A DNA stretch of 64,000 bases from Malacoraja senta (lineage: Eukaryota): the NCBI GenBank assembly GCA_038087875.1, contig CM075997.1:6574001-6638000 (forward strand), read 5' to 3'. Of the stretch, positions 24,108 to 37,871 are shown in pieces. The notes under the pieces were generated by a model. The model searched no databases, was not told the origin of the DNA, and was given only the letters and a program-made list of their open reading frames with translations. Position numbers and translations under genes: made by a program. Every line of letters starts with the position of its first letter. Within the stretch, counting starts at the first letter, position 1.

Positions 24108-25725
24108 GTTCCGGATGTCCACGGGGGTGGAGCTCCTGGTGAACTGCGTGCTCTTGCTGTGCCGAGGGTCGGGCCGGGGTCTGGCCACACCGCTCGACCT
24201 GGTCTCGGTCACCACGGCGACGGGCCGCCGCCTCTTCTCCTTCCTGTCCGTGGCCTGGGGCTTCGTGGCGGACGTGGACGTGGAGAGCGAGCGGTTTCGC
24301 CTGGCCGGGCCCGCCCGCTTCACGCTGGGGACTCTCGGGCGCCTGGCCACACTTCGCCGCTACCCCGGACGCCTCTCCTACCTCCCGGCCGTCCCACGCC
24401 TCCGCCGCAGCGGCACCCTCTCCCCGGGACCCCCGCCCTCCCGCCCGCCGCTCGGCCGGACCCTCTCCGACTCGGGGCCATGGGGCAGGGGCCACGACCA
24501 CTCCCCGCCCCCCTTCTCGGCTTACGAGGGCTTCTCCTTCGAGGGGGCTTCCTTTGCAGAGGAGGAGGAGGAGGAGGAGGAGGATGATGAGGTGGGTACG
24601 GAGGGAGGGGAGGCGAGAGCCGTTCTGCTTAACTCTGAACGGGAGAACCATACGCCCAAGGACCCTGGTGTGGTGAGCTATAAAGGGGACTCAACACCTG
24701 AGGGTCACAGTTCAGAAAACTCCAACATCTCCGCCTCTAAAGACCCTCGCCTGGGTTCTGAAGGGCCATCGGTGGGTGAGAGTCACGATCTAGGGAACGT
24801 TAATATCTGTGCGCATAATGACCCTGGTCCTGTAAACTCTGAACAATCCCCCGCTCAAGAGCAGCCTCGTCTAATCGTCTCTGAACGAGACTCGGCGAGG
24901 GAGGGTCACGATCCAGAGAACATTAAGAATCCCACAAGTGAGACCCCCGGTCTGGAGAGTTGTGGAGGGGATCACGGGCACCCTAATAGCCCTGGTCTAA
25001 TGGGCTCTGAAGGGAAGATCGCTGGGCGCCAGGACCCCGGGCTAATCAGTTGTGAAGGAGACCCGGCGAGGAAGGGTCAAGTTCAAGGGAGCACTAATAA
25101 CCTGGCGCGTAAGGCCCCTGGTTCCGACAGCCCTGAAGGGAACAACCGTGTCAGTAATGACCCTGGTCTAATCAGCTGTGAAATGGGTATTCCAGCGTCT
25201 CGGAGTTCTGGTCGGCTTAGTGAGGGGGACATTTCCGGATCCCAGGGACCCGGAGGCGGCGTTCGCTCCCAGCGCCCCCCCTCGGCCACCCGCTGCCCCG
25301 GGATGACCTCCTGCCCCCGCCGGGCGCGCCGCTGCCCCAGGACTGGGTGACGGTGGAGGGCGACTTCGTCCTGGTGCTGGCTATCTACCAGAGCCACCTG
25401 GGGGCCGAACTCCTGACCGTCCCGTCTGCACAGTTCGCCCAGGGCGCCATCCACCTCTGCTACGTGATGGCGGGCATCTCCCCGCGCCTCCCTGCTCCGC
25501 CTCTTCCTGGCCATGGAGAAGGGAGCGCACTTCGACCTGCGCTGCCCTCACTTGACCTATGTCCCCGCCACCGCCTTCCGAATCGAGCCCCTGGGCGGCC
25601 GGCCGGGCATCCTCACCGTGGACGGGGAGAGGGTGGAGTACGGTACTGTGCAGGGGCAGATCCACCCCGGCCTGGCCCGGCTCGTCACCGGCTTTCCCCC
25701 CTCGCCCCCAGCCAGCGGACCCTGA
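24108..25725 (+). CDS. SPHK2: Sphingosine kinase 2-like, terminal coding exon with long central insert; two apparent 1-nt indels near 25275 and 25482
   Basis: CTCCCAG acceptor. Motifs CRG..PLDLVSV..FSFLSVAWGFVADVDVESERFR..RFTLG..YPGRLSYLPA, then DDLLPP..WVTVEGDFVLVLA..SHLG, and AFRIEP..LTVDGERVEYG..HPG, ending in TGA at 25723-25725. A long insert after YLPA is characteristic of SPHK2 rather than SPHK1. Confidence 0.85.
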
Positions 25726-26532
25726 GAGCAGCGCGGGCAACCTTCTTTGACCTCCCTCAATGTCTCCCACCCCGCCTGCTCTTCCCTGGCACCTCCCGAC
25801 TGCCCCGGCCCTTCCCCCGTCTCCCTTTCTCGCCACCCCTCGCCGATTCAGACCTTTCTTCACCCGCTCTTTTCCGCGCCCTCCCCTCTATTTCCTCCTC
25901 TCTCTCATCTCTCCTGTCCACAAAGCGGGAAACGCACGGAGATTCCCTGGGGAGAGGGGAAATCCTATGGTACGTCAGTGCGCAGTTTGCACAGCGCCCG
26001 GGGGAAGACTTGGTTTGGAGCAGGGGGTGGGTGTGAGACCCCGCCATCTCCCAGCCGCCCCTGTCCCCTCCACACCACTAACCACTCACCTCCATCCCCG
26101 AACCACGAATATTCGGGTTGGGGTCCACGCACTAAACCTCAGTTTCTAGCTCGAGGTCCCTCCCATTTACCCCTGTCTCTGCAGACGGGACCTCGGGTCA
26201 GAAATCGCCCGCACTTCCCCATCCTATGTCTTTGTGTTATGTGTAATTTATGAACTGAAATCATTTTGGTGCTTAACAATGGGAGCAAAGTACGATATTG
26301 GGAGTATTTTACGCTGGGGATTATTTGATTTGATATAATTAGCGGCGCGCTTTCTGATCCGCGGGCGAGGGTGGGGATGTACTGCGGAGAGTTGCAGTAC
26401 ATCCCCACTCCCCCCTCTAGCTCCCCCTTCCCGGGAGGGTTGGGGTGGAGGGGCGCCTGTCTGCCTTCTCCGATTCGGAGAGGAACGGCTCACGACCCTC
26501 GCACCCCCCCCCCCTGTCCGCGGCGTTCGATG

Positions 26533-26555
26533 ATTAAAGCAATAATTACAATAAA
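26533..26555 (+). terminator. Candidate polyadenylation signals for the SPHK2-like gene (ATTAAA, AATAAA)
   Basis: ATTAAA at 26533-26538 and AATAAA at 26550-26555, about 0.8 kb after the stop codon. Confidence 0.55.
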
Positions 26556-26859
26556 GAAATTTGTCTCAAATTGATATCTGAGGGAACGGCTCTTGTTTTA
26601 AACGCACCGCAGCCCTCCGCCAGCGAAAAAGAAACATGCCCTTTGGCCCATCGTGTCTGAATTTGACATAATGCAGGGCATTCCGATTCAATATCCACAG
26701 TAGGGAGGGAGTTTGGTTGTAGGCGCAGAATCGACTGGCATCCACATGCCAGAGGTATTCTCAGTGGAATCTCAGAACGGACGAGCTGTCTTAGAGGCGT
26801 TCAGTGACATTTTATGATGAAGAGGTGCATCTGTAATCTTTGAGTGAGATGGAGGGGGG

Positions 26860-27130
26860 AGCATTAACATTCCGCTAATCTTAGATGGGAAGTAAATCTT
26901 GAAGTTGGGTTGATTGAAGTCATCAGCGATGATGAGCAGGGAGGGTAAGGGAGTTTTCTGCTTCAATAAAGTAGATACCTCAGAATAATTCCCCCACTGC
27001 GGTGGTTCGCAATGATATATAGTCCACAGACAGAAAAGTAGAAATGAATTCCCTTGGCAAGTTGAAGGGACGGCACATTATGAACAAATATTCCACGTGG
27101 TCTGATAAACCGCACAAATCGTTTGTGAAC
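26860..27130 (-). mobile_element. Decayed LINE endonuclease remnant
   Basis: Minus strand gives CRPFNLPREF..LIIADDFNQPN, resembling the APE GDFN region. Confidence 0.5.
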
Positions 27131-27169
27131 CACACGGAATATCGTGTGCAATTCTGACCTGAAATCTAT

Positions 27170-27440
27170 TGGACGGCTGTCGCTAAGGTGGAAAAGTTGC
27201 AGAGAAGATTCATAAGGTTGTCAGAGGGATGCGAGTTATAAATAGAGGCCAGCACCTCTGCCGTGAGGCACGTGTAGCATTGTGAGGTATATAAAATCGT
27301 GAAAGGTATGGGAAAGATGGTCGGTCGCTGTCTTTTTCCAGGGCTGGGCTGCATAAAACTGGAGGACGCAGATTTAAGGTGAGCGCAGAGCGATTTAAGA
27401 TAAGCCAAGGGACAACTTTTGATGCAGATGGCAGCCGGCA
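27170..27440 (+). mobile_element. Decayed CR1 3' fragment
   Basis: GAGGTATATAAAAT..GTCTTTTTCC..GCAGATTTAAGGTGAG pattern shared with CR1 3' ends. Confidence 0.55.
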
Positions 27441-27442
27441 TA

Positions 27443-29018
<1,576 letters not shown>

Positions 29019-29024
29019 TATGTT

Positions 29025-29266
29025 TCGTCTAGTTTCGTTTAGAGATACATCGCGGAAGTTTAGTTTAGTTTAGATTCCGTGCCGACCAGTGTAACACTAT
29101 CCTACACACTAGGGATTATGTTTACATTTACCAAGCCTATTGTACGTCGTTGGAGTGCGGGAGGAAAGCGAAGATCTCGGAGAAAACTCACGCAGGAAAC
29201 GAGGAGAACGTACAAACGCCGGACAGACCGCATCCGTAGTCAAATCTCCGCGCCACCGTGCCGTCC
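29025..29266 (-). mobile_element. tRNA-derived SINE (V-SINE/HE1-like), internally deleted
   Basis: Minus strand starts GGACGGCACGGTGGCGC, has the central TTTGTACGTTCTCC..TTTCCTCCCGCACTCCAA, and ends in a (CTAAA)n tail. Confidence 0.7.
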
Positions 29267-29275
29267 AAAAGTAAA

Positions 29276-29347
29276 CTCCCCGTCGGGGAATTGAACCCCG
29301 GTCTCCCGCGTGACAGGCGGGGATACTATCCACTATACTAACGAGGA
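29276..29347 (-). tRNA. tRNA-Asp(GTC)
   Basis: Minus strand TCCTCGTTAGTATAGTGGATAGTATCCCCGCCTGTCACGCGGGAGACCGGGGTTCAATTCCCCGACGGGGAG is near-identical to vertebrate tRNA-Asp. A T4 terminator follows at 29267-29270. Confidence 0.95.
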
Positions 29348-29396
29348 ACTGATTTTCATCTTCATTTTTATTCATCTTTATCTTTATCTTTATTTT

Positions 29397-30310
29397 TAAG
29401 TTTGGTATAACTTGAGCAGTTGTGCTTAGCCACTGAGCATCGCCCACTGTAAAAAAGAGAACTAAAAAAATAGCATGATGTTTCTTCTGGATCGGGAACC
29501 AGAGAAGTACGCATCTGATACTTCGGTTACAAAAAAAACCGCGAGGGCCATGATAAAATTGTCCCAAATATGGAACGAGCTGTTAGTGAAAGCTGTCGTA
29601 GCCGGTCCAATACAATGTTTAAAACACCTCTGGACAGGTACATGGAGAGAAAGTATTTAAAGGGGGGTGGGCCAAACGCAGGCATATGGAGCGAGTTTAG
29701 TTAGACATATTTCTCGGCATGCAGGAGCTGAATCCGAAGGGCATGTTTTTGTGCTGTATGATTCAATGCGTCTATAAATAGCGCGCCCATTGTGCGACTG
29801 GGGTATCTCATGGTTTGTGTAGGGAGTCGGCTTTTTATTGTGCTTCCAGGATTAGCCAGTATTGGATATCCTTTCGGAACCCAAGAGCATTTTGTTTGAA
29901 CGAAAAACAAAGGCTTATTTTGTATAATCGTTTGCTGCGAGGATTTGGAATGTTTAATTTTAGCACACGAAACAATGCTGGCATCCGCTCGATCCCCGCT
30001 GAATAATTACCGGACACTGTGCAATTTTGATCTGTTGTAGGATGGGGACATCAAGTGGACGGATGAAGTTGTGCAACCGAGCGAGAAACAACTATTTAGT
30101 AAATGAATAGATTAGTTTTGGGACAATTTCATCAGCCCGCCGCGTTTCCTTTTTGTAACTTATTTTGCAATGTCACCCATTCCTTCTATCCAGAGATGCT
30201 CACTTCTCTGGTTCCCGAATCCAGAGGAAATATCATGCGTTTTTTGTCTCTTTTTTCAGTGGGCGGTGCTCACCGAGTAAGCACAACTGCTCAAGTTATA
30301 CCAAACTTTA
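29397..30310. repeat. ~110-bp inverted repeat pair (29397-29508 and 30202-30310)
   Basis: AAGTTTGGTATAACTTGAGCAGTTGTGCTTA...GGGAACCAGAGAAGT is the imperfect reverse complement of ACTTCTCTGGTTCCC...TAAGCACAACTGCTCAAGTTATACCAAACTT. Confidence 0.85.
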
Positions 30311-30329
30311 GAAAAAGATGAACAATGTG

Positions 30330-30970
30330 GATACAACGAACTACACATGCTTGAGTCTTGAGTAAAACACAAAGTGCTGGTGTAATTCCGGTGTCAGACA
30401 GAATTTCCGGAAGCCACGGATAGCAGACGTTTCAGGTCTCGTCCCTTCTTCAGACTAATTGGTGGACAAAGAGAAAGCTGGAAAAGAGGTGGAGGCGGGT
30501 AAAGACTGCAAAGTGATCAGTGGAAAATATACAAAACATGTTGTAGTAACTCAGTGGGACAGGCAGGATCTCTGGATAGAAGGAATTGGTGACGTTTCGG
30601 GTTGAGAACCTTCTTCACACTGACAGTCAAGAGAGAGGGAGACCAAGATATGGAAGGGTAAGGTGAGATAGATCAAAGGGGACCACTAAAGGAAAATGTA
30701 GAATAGATCATTGTTAGCTAGGGGAAGGTGACAACAAGGCATAACAAAGTACAATTTAATCAGGAGCACTGTCAAACTAGACGGATAACTAGGACGGAGA
30801 GGGAAAGCAAGGGTTACTTGAAGTTAGATAAGTCAATATTCATTCCCTAGGTTGTAAGCCGGCCAAGCGAAATATGAGGTGCTGTTCCTCCAACTTGCGT
30901 TGTGCCTCACTCTGACAGTGGAAGAGTCCCAGGACGGAACGGTCAGTGTGGGAATGGGAGGGGGGGGGGT
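30330..30970 (-). mobile_element. Penelope-like element 3' remnant (GIY-YIG tail plus two hammerhead-type repeats)
   Basis: SHSHTDRSVLGLFHCQSEAQRKLEEQHLIFRLAGLQP at 30840-30960. Minus-strand hammerhead-type motifs at ~30425-30456 (CTGAAGA..GAAACGTC) and ~30590-30620 (GTGAAGA variant). Confidence 0.7.
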
Positions 30971-30994
30971 GAAGGTGTTCGATCCAGAGTACAA

Positions 30995-31230
30995 AAGCTG
31001 TCTGAACGTTGTTGCTACGATCTCCCAGTGACTCTGGTTTTTCCCGGGTGCACCCCCCCCCCCCCCCCCAGTCCAAAGACGTATACGTTTGTAGATTCAC
31101 TGGCTTCGGTAAAAAATACAAATTGTCCCGCGTATGTGTAGGATAGTGCTAGTGTACGGGGATCGCGGGTCGGAGCGGACACGGTGGGCCGAATGGCATG
31201 TTTCCGCACTGTATCTCTGAATTAAACAAA
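30995..31230 (+). mobile_element. V-SINE/HE1-like fragment
   Basis: TCCAAAGACGTA..TGTGTAGGATAGTG..GGGCCGAATGG..TTTCCGCACTGTATCTC, shared with the 29025-29266 family. Confidence 0.6.
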
Positions 31231-31804
31231 GCTGCGGTTTAAAAGAAATGTGGACATAATCCTCCAGTTTTGTCCAGATCAGTGTTCACCTTGGCATGGT
31301 CGTTCTCCTTCTCAATGCGTCTCTTTATAAAGCAAAATAATTCCGTCCTGCGAAATTCCAGAGGAACAGTGAGGTGGTGAGATGCTTGATAACGCTGAGT
31401 GCGAATTCTCGGCTGTTTAGCTTAGTTGCATTTTGCGAAGTTCATCACATTCATGGTAACATACAGTAAATGAGGACGCTTCCACTTGGAGTTCCTCATG
31501 CAATGATGCTCCTTGAAATGATGGCTTTTCGGTCGGTTGCAGATCATTGGAGTGCCTCTATGTATTTTCCTTAATGCCAGAGTGCTGAGTGTTTCCGGCA
31601 ATATTTGCTTCAATCTGCCTTTCAGAATTTGTGTTAACATTCCTGGTCAAACGATCCACCTCTCTACCTAATTTCTTCAATGTACGAGTGCTGAATTTCT
31701 ACAGTATCTCTCACTTGTTCTTTGTTCGTTCCTGTTTAAGTTTCATTCAAGATGAAAGCCAATGATGCAAAGGTGAATTTGGATTTCATTCTACATTCTG
31801 GAAC

Positions 31805-31938
31805 ACATGGGGAGAAGGCAGGATCGGGGTACTGATTGGGTACTGATCAGCCATGATCACATTGAATGGCGGTGCTGGCTCGAAGGGCCGAATGGCCTAC
31901 TCCTGCACCTATTATCTATTGTCTATTGTCTATTGTCT
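31805..31938 (+). mobile_element. CR1 3' end
   Basis: GGCGGTGCTGGCTCGAAGGGCCGAATGGCCTACTCCTGCACC followed by (TATTGTC)n. Confidence 0.8.
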
Positions 31939-33054
31939 AACACTCGCTTAATGTTCCGATGGACATTATAACGGAGCAGAACACTTCGCATTCCACTGTG
32001 GCCAGAATGTGATCTCAATGTCCCGGAGTGACCTTTACTTAGTGGAAAGATTAGCGGTGAGATGGGTAATCAAAGTCACTCTATGGGCAGTCGGACCGCC
32101 GTGACTGGAAAACTGTTGAGACTTGACCTGAAGAGCCGTGGTCCAAATGGCAACGGGTCAAATGTGGAAGGTTGGATTGATCGCGACTCCGAGGGTTTCC
32201 TGTGAATCATCCAGTTTCCTTTTCAATGCCAAGGGTATGCTGGTACACACGCTTTCATTTAGCAAGGATATAGGTGGTTCACATGAGGATATAAGTTGTG
32301 ATAGAGGAGTACCGAAAATATGTTTATTTCTATTTGTGGGAAAGAACTGCAGATACTGGTTTAAATCGAAGATAGAAATAAAATGCTGGAGTAGCTCAGC
32401 GGGACAGGCAGCATCTCTGGAGAGAAGGAATGGGTAACGTTTCGGGTCGAGACCATTCTAGGCTGCCTGTCCCGCTGTTGCTCCAGCATTTTGTGTCTAT
32501 CTATATTTCTATGTGTTTGATTTTCGGACAGAACCGATTGCCCATTTCGTGTCGTCTGGCTCTCAAACTCTCCTTTGTCAATACTGTGGTTATTCTCGCC
32601 CCACTCCTGAACGATAAAGAGTGAAGATAAGAGTTATCCTCACTCGCCTGTCCTTGAAACCTTCACGCATCTGAGCAGGTACGTCGAACCCAAACCCCAC
32701 ATGGGGCTGCGACTGCAGAGCCACTGAGTCATCGAGAAGTGCAAGACATACACAACCCGCGTTCTCGCCCCTCCCACCGCCCTTGCCATTTGTCTGGGGT
32801 AACCGGCATCCTTCCCATCCCTGTGAAAAGAAATCCTGAAAAGAGGCCCGGTTTCTCCCTGCGAACAACAACGCTCCACCTGTGTTTCAGATTTATTCTT
32901 CTTTAACTCCCTTGTTTACGTTAATTAATCCCTTTCCCTTTTCCAGAATGTATTTCATGAGAACCTTCAGTAGAGGGCAGAACAAATCGATTGTGCAGAG
33001 GCTGCGCTTCACAACTGTAATGGAGCAGGGCATTGGGGGTATTTACCAGACGTA

Positions 33055-33480
33055 GGTCATAGAGTTATATAGCATGAAAAAGGGCCCTTCTACTCAACTT
33101 GCCAATGTCGACCAAGATATACTTGTTCTTGCCGTATTTACACGAGTGCCACTTGCCCGCGTTAGGCCGATATCTCTCTAAACTTTTCAGATCCATGTTC
33201 CTGTCGAGATGCCTTCTAAATGTTGTGATAGTACCCGTCTTAACTACCTCTTCTAACAGATCGTTCGAGACACCCATTATCCTCTGTGTGAAAACGTTGC
33301 CCGTCACTTTCCTATTAAATCTTTCCCCTGGTTCTCCTGGTTCCCCTACCATACTCTGAGTAAAAGCATGGGCCCTGCTATTCGCGGTGAATGTTATGCC
33401 CTGCATTGACTTCCCAAAATACTAGGCCATCTGCCTTAAACTTTGTTAAAACATTCCTCTGCCCACTTGCCCAACTGATC
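33055..33480 (-). mobile_element. Decayed CR1 3' fragment
   Basis: GNVFTQRIMGVSNDLLEEVV..FRRHLDR is a CR1-like peptide. Confidence 0.6.
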
Positions 33481-34269
33481 AGGTTCTTGTTGTAACTGAT
33501 CTAGATCGTGCTGTCAGCAGAAGAGAGACACAGCAACACGAAGGGGAATGGAAAACCGTAGTTATGTAGATACAGGGGCACAACTGCATCCCCAGCGTCA
33601 CTAAATAATGTTTACGAACCATTAATTCAGTCGTAACATTCTTTATTTCCTCATTGCAAAACAGAATTTGATGTGGACACAGACGTACGTTTTTAAACAA
33701 CAGAACATTACGAGATCGTAAATGAACACAAATAGATATTACCGTCATCCCGGGATTCTGCGTTATCATGCCTTTCATTGTTATTGGGGTTCTGTCCTGC
33801 AACTCACGGCGGAATAGTAACGCAGGAGCAACTCTACCGGCAAGGTCTTAACAAAGCTACATAACTACAACAGTATCTGCAGAAAACAGGGATGGCAATG
33901 AATAATGTTATTTGATACAACGTACGGAAAACATGTAACTATGAAATAAAACCAAGGCGAGTGGGAGACGGAAATGAAGTTATTTATTCGCATCTGCCCC
34001 TTCCTCATCCTTCCACCCCGCAGTGCGGATGAAAGCACTGTTGACATTAAGAATGGCGGAGCAGGAAATAGTGTGTTCAGCGTACAGAATAAACGGCATG
34101 AGTCCAGCCTTTCTGGAAATAAGCGATAGGATGAGTCGAAGGGATATCCAGATACAATGAAGAACGATGTTGACTGTACCTACCGATAGTACTCAAAGAG
34201 TGACTGGCAAAAACGTCGTATCAACGGTAGCCCTCGTCTAATATGTCGACAGTTCATGCATAGTTGGTG

Positions 34270-35152
34270 TCGCTATAGAGTGGTGGCGCCATAGAGTGTG
34301 GCAGGCTCGCCAGCAGCCGTTCGTTCTTCACCCTTAATTTAAAAAAAAAGTTTGTTAACAAGTTTTGTTCTGGAGGCCTTTTAGACTTTTTATGTGTGTG
34401 TGTGTGTGTGTGTGGGGGGGGGGGGGGGGAGGGGCACACCGTTTTCTCCAGTCCCTACCTGGGCGAGGATGCGTCCTTTCTCCGAACCGCATCTTCGCCC
34501 CCTACTCGCAGCCTACCACCTGGATGGCGCGCCACAGCTTCGAGCTTCAGCGGCGGTGCTGCACTGAGGTACCATCGCGAAGCGGGCGATGTCTTACCTG
34601 GGTCGCCGTGTTGGAGCTCCGGAGTGCTGGGACTGCCGACTTCAACATCGTGGAGCTGTGGTCTGCGGAGCGTCCAGCCGCGGCGGCGCTGACTTTAAAC
34701 ACGGTTTAAAGAGCCTGGGATCTTTCGCCTAGATCGCCAGTGTTGGAGCTCCTGTGGACTTCGGGACCGCGGTCTCCGGTAGCAAGCGGCCGTTTCGAAA
34801 CTCCAAGCCGCTGAGAGTGTGTCTTCCGACGCCGGAGTTCCATTATTCCGGCGAGAGGGCCTGAAACATCGGGCTGCCGTAGCGGCGTTTGCGGAGGCCT
34901 CAAATAGGCCTAGACCACGGATGAACATAGAGGAAATGGACTGAACTTTGCTGCCTTCCCTCACAGTGGGAAACGTTGATCCCGCTGTGGGGGGATGTTT
35001 ATTAATGTTTAATGTTAAATTCTATAATGTTATGTTTATTTTATTGGTGTGCTGCAATGGCAACTCAAATTTCACTGCACCAATTGGTGTATGTGACAAT
35101 AAATGTCCTTTGCCGTTTGTCCTTAGTCCTTAGTCCTTTGTCCTTTGTCCTT
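34270..35152 (+). mobile_element. Non-autonomous LINE-tailed retroelement (GC-rich body)
   Basis: Has a GGTGGCGCCAT-type 5' start and ends AATTTCACTGCACC..TGTGACAATAAA plus (GTCCTTT/A)n. It shares CTTTGC..CTTCC.TCACAGTG with 45790-46035. Confidence 0.5.
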
Positions 35153-35499
35153 TGCGTTGATGTAGCACAAAGAAAATGTCACTGAATGCCGCTGAAACAA
35201 ATGTGGAATAACATTCAAAGGTAGGAAGGGAATGGTCCGAGGTGCGAGATGAACTGGACAAATAGAGAACGTTGTTTGGAAGAAAGGGACCAAAACGCTT
35301 CACGCTTCTGGCAATTGACCAAACATTGTTGGGCGACAATTGGCATTATCACCTGGTGAACAAATGGATTATTTCAGCTGTGCTTCATTGAGTCATGGTA
35401 TGGGATGTTGCTCAAAACAAGAACTATACGGAAAAAACAGGTTATCATTTTACGAGGTCTTACGCCGCTGGATGTCACTACGCTTAAATTAAAAGTTAG

Positions 35500-36125
35500 G
35501 AGGCCAGTTAAAGTAAAGGCACCTTAGTTAGTAAAGACGACGGAGTATAGATGTTGCGAGGTCATGTTGCAGTGGTATAGGACGTTGGTGAGGCCGCATT
35601 TAGAGTATTGTGTTCAGTTCTGGGCATCATCTAATAGGAAAGATGGAAAGGGTACAAAGAAGATTTACGAGGGTGCTGCCAGGATCAGGGGGTCTGAGGT
35701 CTGAGGGAGAGGTTGAGTAGACTTAGTCTCTATTCCTTGGAGCGGAGGAGGATGAGGGGTAATCTTATAGAGGTGTATAAAGTCATGAGATGATTCGGTC
35801 GGGTAGATGCACAGTCTCTTGCCCGGAGTACGTGAATCGAGGACCACAGGTTTAAGGTGAAGGGGTAAAGATTTCATAGGAATCTGAAGGGTAGCTTTTC
35901 CACATAAAGGGTGGTGGGAGTATGCAACAAGCTGCCACAGGAGGTAGTTGAAGAGGTTGACCCCCCTCAGACTATCACAACATTTAAAAGCTGCTAGATA
36001 GGTACATAGATAGGACAGGTTTGGAGAGATATGGACCAAACGCGGGCAGGTAGGACTAGTGTAGCTGGGACATGTTGGCCGGTGTGGGAAAGCTGTGGTT
36101 GTTTCCACGCTGCATCACTCTATGA
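35500..36125 (+). mobile_element. CR1 3' fragment
   Basis: TTGGTGAGGCCGCATTTAGAGTATTGTGTTCAGTTCTGG (RPHLEYCVQFW) and downstream CR1 sequence. Confidence 0.75.
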
Positions 36126-37871
36126 CTCCGGGACTCCATCTTAAAGTAAATAATGAAAAATGTTGCCAGTGTTTTATGGCGAAGAATAACACAAATAAAG
36201 ATTTGAATGGAATGCTTAACAAGACATTTGCATCTTCATCCAAATTGAAACTGAACTGGCAAAAATGGGGGATTAGCCTAAGAAATATTGCAGAAGTAAA
36301 CGTTTAGTTTAGTTTAGATTATCATTGTCACGTGTACCAAGGTACAGCTATAACTTTTTTGTTGCGTGCTATCCAGTAAAAAATAGACCATACATGGGTA
36401 CAACTAAGCTGCTAACAATGTACAGCTAAAGGACAAATTATGCAGCAATTAGTTTAAGATAACATTCGATAAGTCTAAAAGGAGATTAATGTACGGAGAA
36501 ACACAAGGGCACAAAGTGCTGCAATAATTCAGCAGGTCAGGTAACATCTCCGGAGAACATGGAAAATGAAACACAAGACCCACCGCCAAACGTCCGACGG
36601 GGTGGTCAGGATTTCCAGTGGGAGAAATCCTGTTGTTTCTGGGCGAACGGACCTAGAAGAGTTGATCTTCAGTTGGACTAATACTCCAACTGGTTTCGTG
36701 AACATGACCTCCTGTGTTTTTCACAGGTGAATCTAGAATCACGAGTCGTACAGCGTGGAAGTAGGCTCTCGCCCCAAATTATCCATGCTGATAACGTTGG
36801 ATACAAAATGCTGGAGTAATTCTGCGGGTCCGGCAGCATCCCTGGAGAAGAAGGACATGTGATGTTTCGGGTCGGGACTCTTCTCCAGAAAAAGTTGCCT
36901 CCCCGAGCAACTCCCATTTACCTGCATTTGGCCCATATCCCTCTTAGTCATCCATGTCCATGTAACGGTTTTCATATCTTTTAAACTTCGTAGTTATGCT
37001 CGCCTCTAACAGCGCCACTCCCATTTTTTTTCCGATATAGCCATCTGTGATAAAGTTGTGCATCAGATCTTCGTTAGTTTTTTCCACTCTCACCTTAGAT
37101 CGACGCCCTCTGGGTTTTAACTCCACTGCCCCCGTCAAAATGACTGCGACCGCTCAGTTAATGTTCGCCGCTCATAGTTTTATTTACTCATGTCAGGCCC
37201 TAAAAACAAAAGCCGTCGCATTCTAATCCCTCCGCGTAACTCCAGTCAACCAGTCCAGGTATCACCCGAGTGAGTCGTTTCTAAACGCTGTTCAGGCACA
37301 TGGTATTCTTCCTACAGCTGAGTACAAGAACTCAGCTTCCTACTAACTGAGTACAGACACTCTAATGCCGGTTTAGGCGCACTGCTATCATCGGAGGTGG
37401 ATGGAACAATGAGCATTGATTTTGAGATGTACCATGCCCTGTGATACTTGGTTCCAACGGGAAAAGAGTGGCGTAAACTCTCCCCTTTCCAGGAAGACAC
37501 ACATTACTTCCCTTGCCAACTTAAATTGCCTTACAGAATTTGACGAAGAAAACGTGCTACGCGTAATGTTATAAATTATGCGTATTTGTAGTTGATTCTT
37601 CCTGTTATATAAAATATTGATCCAAAAGATCGTTTCATTTAAGCAGTTCAAACCTTTTTTGGTTCCAACCAAAATAATTCGCAACATTCTTCCTTAACAA
37701 TATGAAAAACAACATTAAAATTAATCGCATGTGCAATATCCCACAATGTGCAATGAGTGAAATTCATTGCAGTGAGTAAAAATAGTTCATGGTAACTGTT
37801 TGTTCAGTAGGGTGTGCCTGATGTGACTGATGTGTTGGCTATACTAATTGCGTCAGTGGAATTCCTTTTCT

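Noticed and set aside
23778..25863. Several long antisense and alternative-frame ORFs over the SPHK2-like exon
   Set aside because: Expected shadows of GC-rich coding DNA, with no recognisable domains.
31230..34260. Possible hidden exons or ncRNA in the unique-looking intergenic stretch
   Set aside because: No recognisable protein motif, splice-consistent frame or RNA gene could be supported by inspection.
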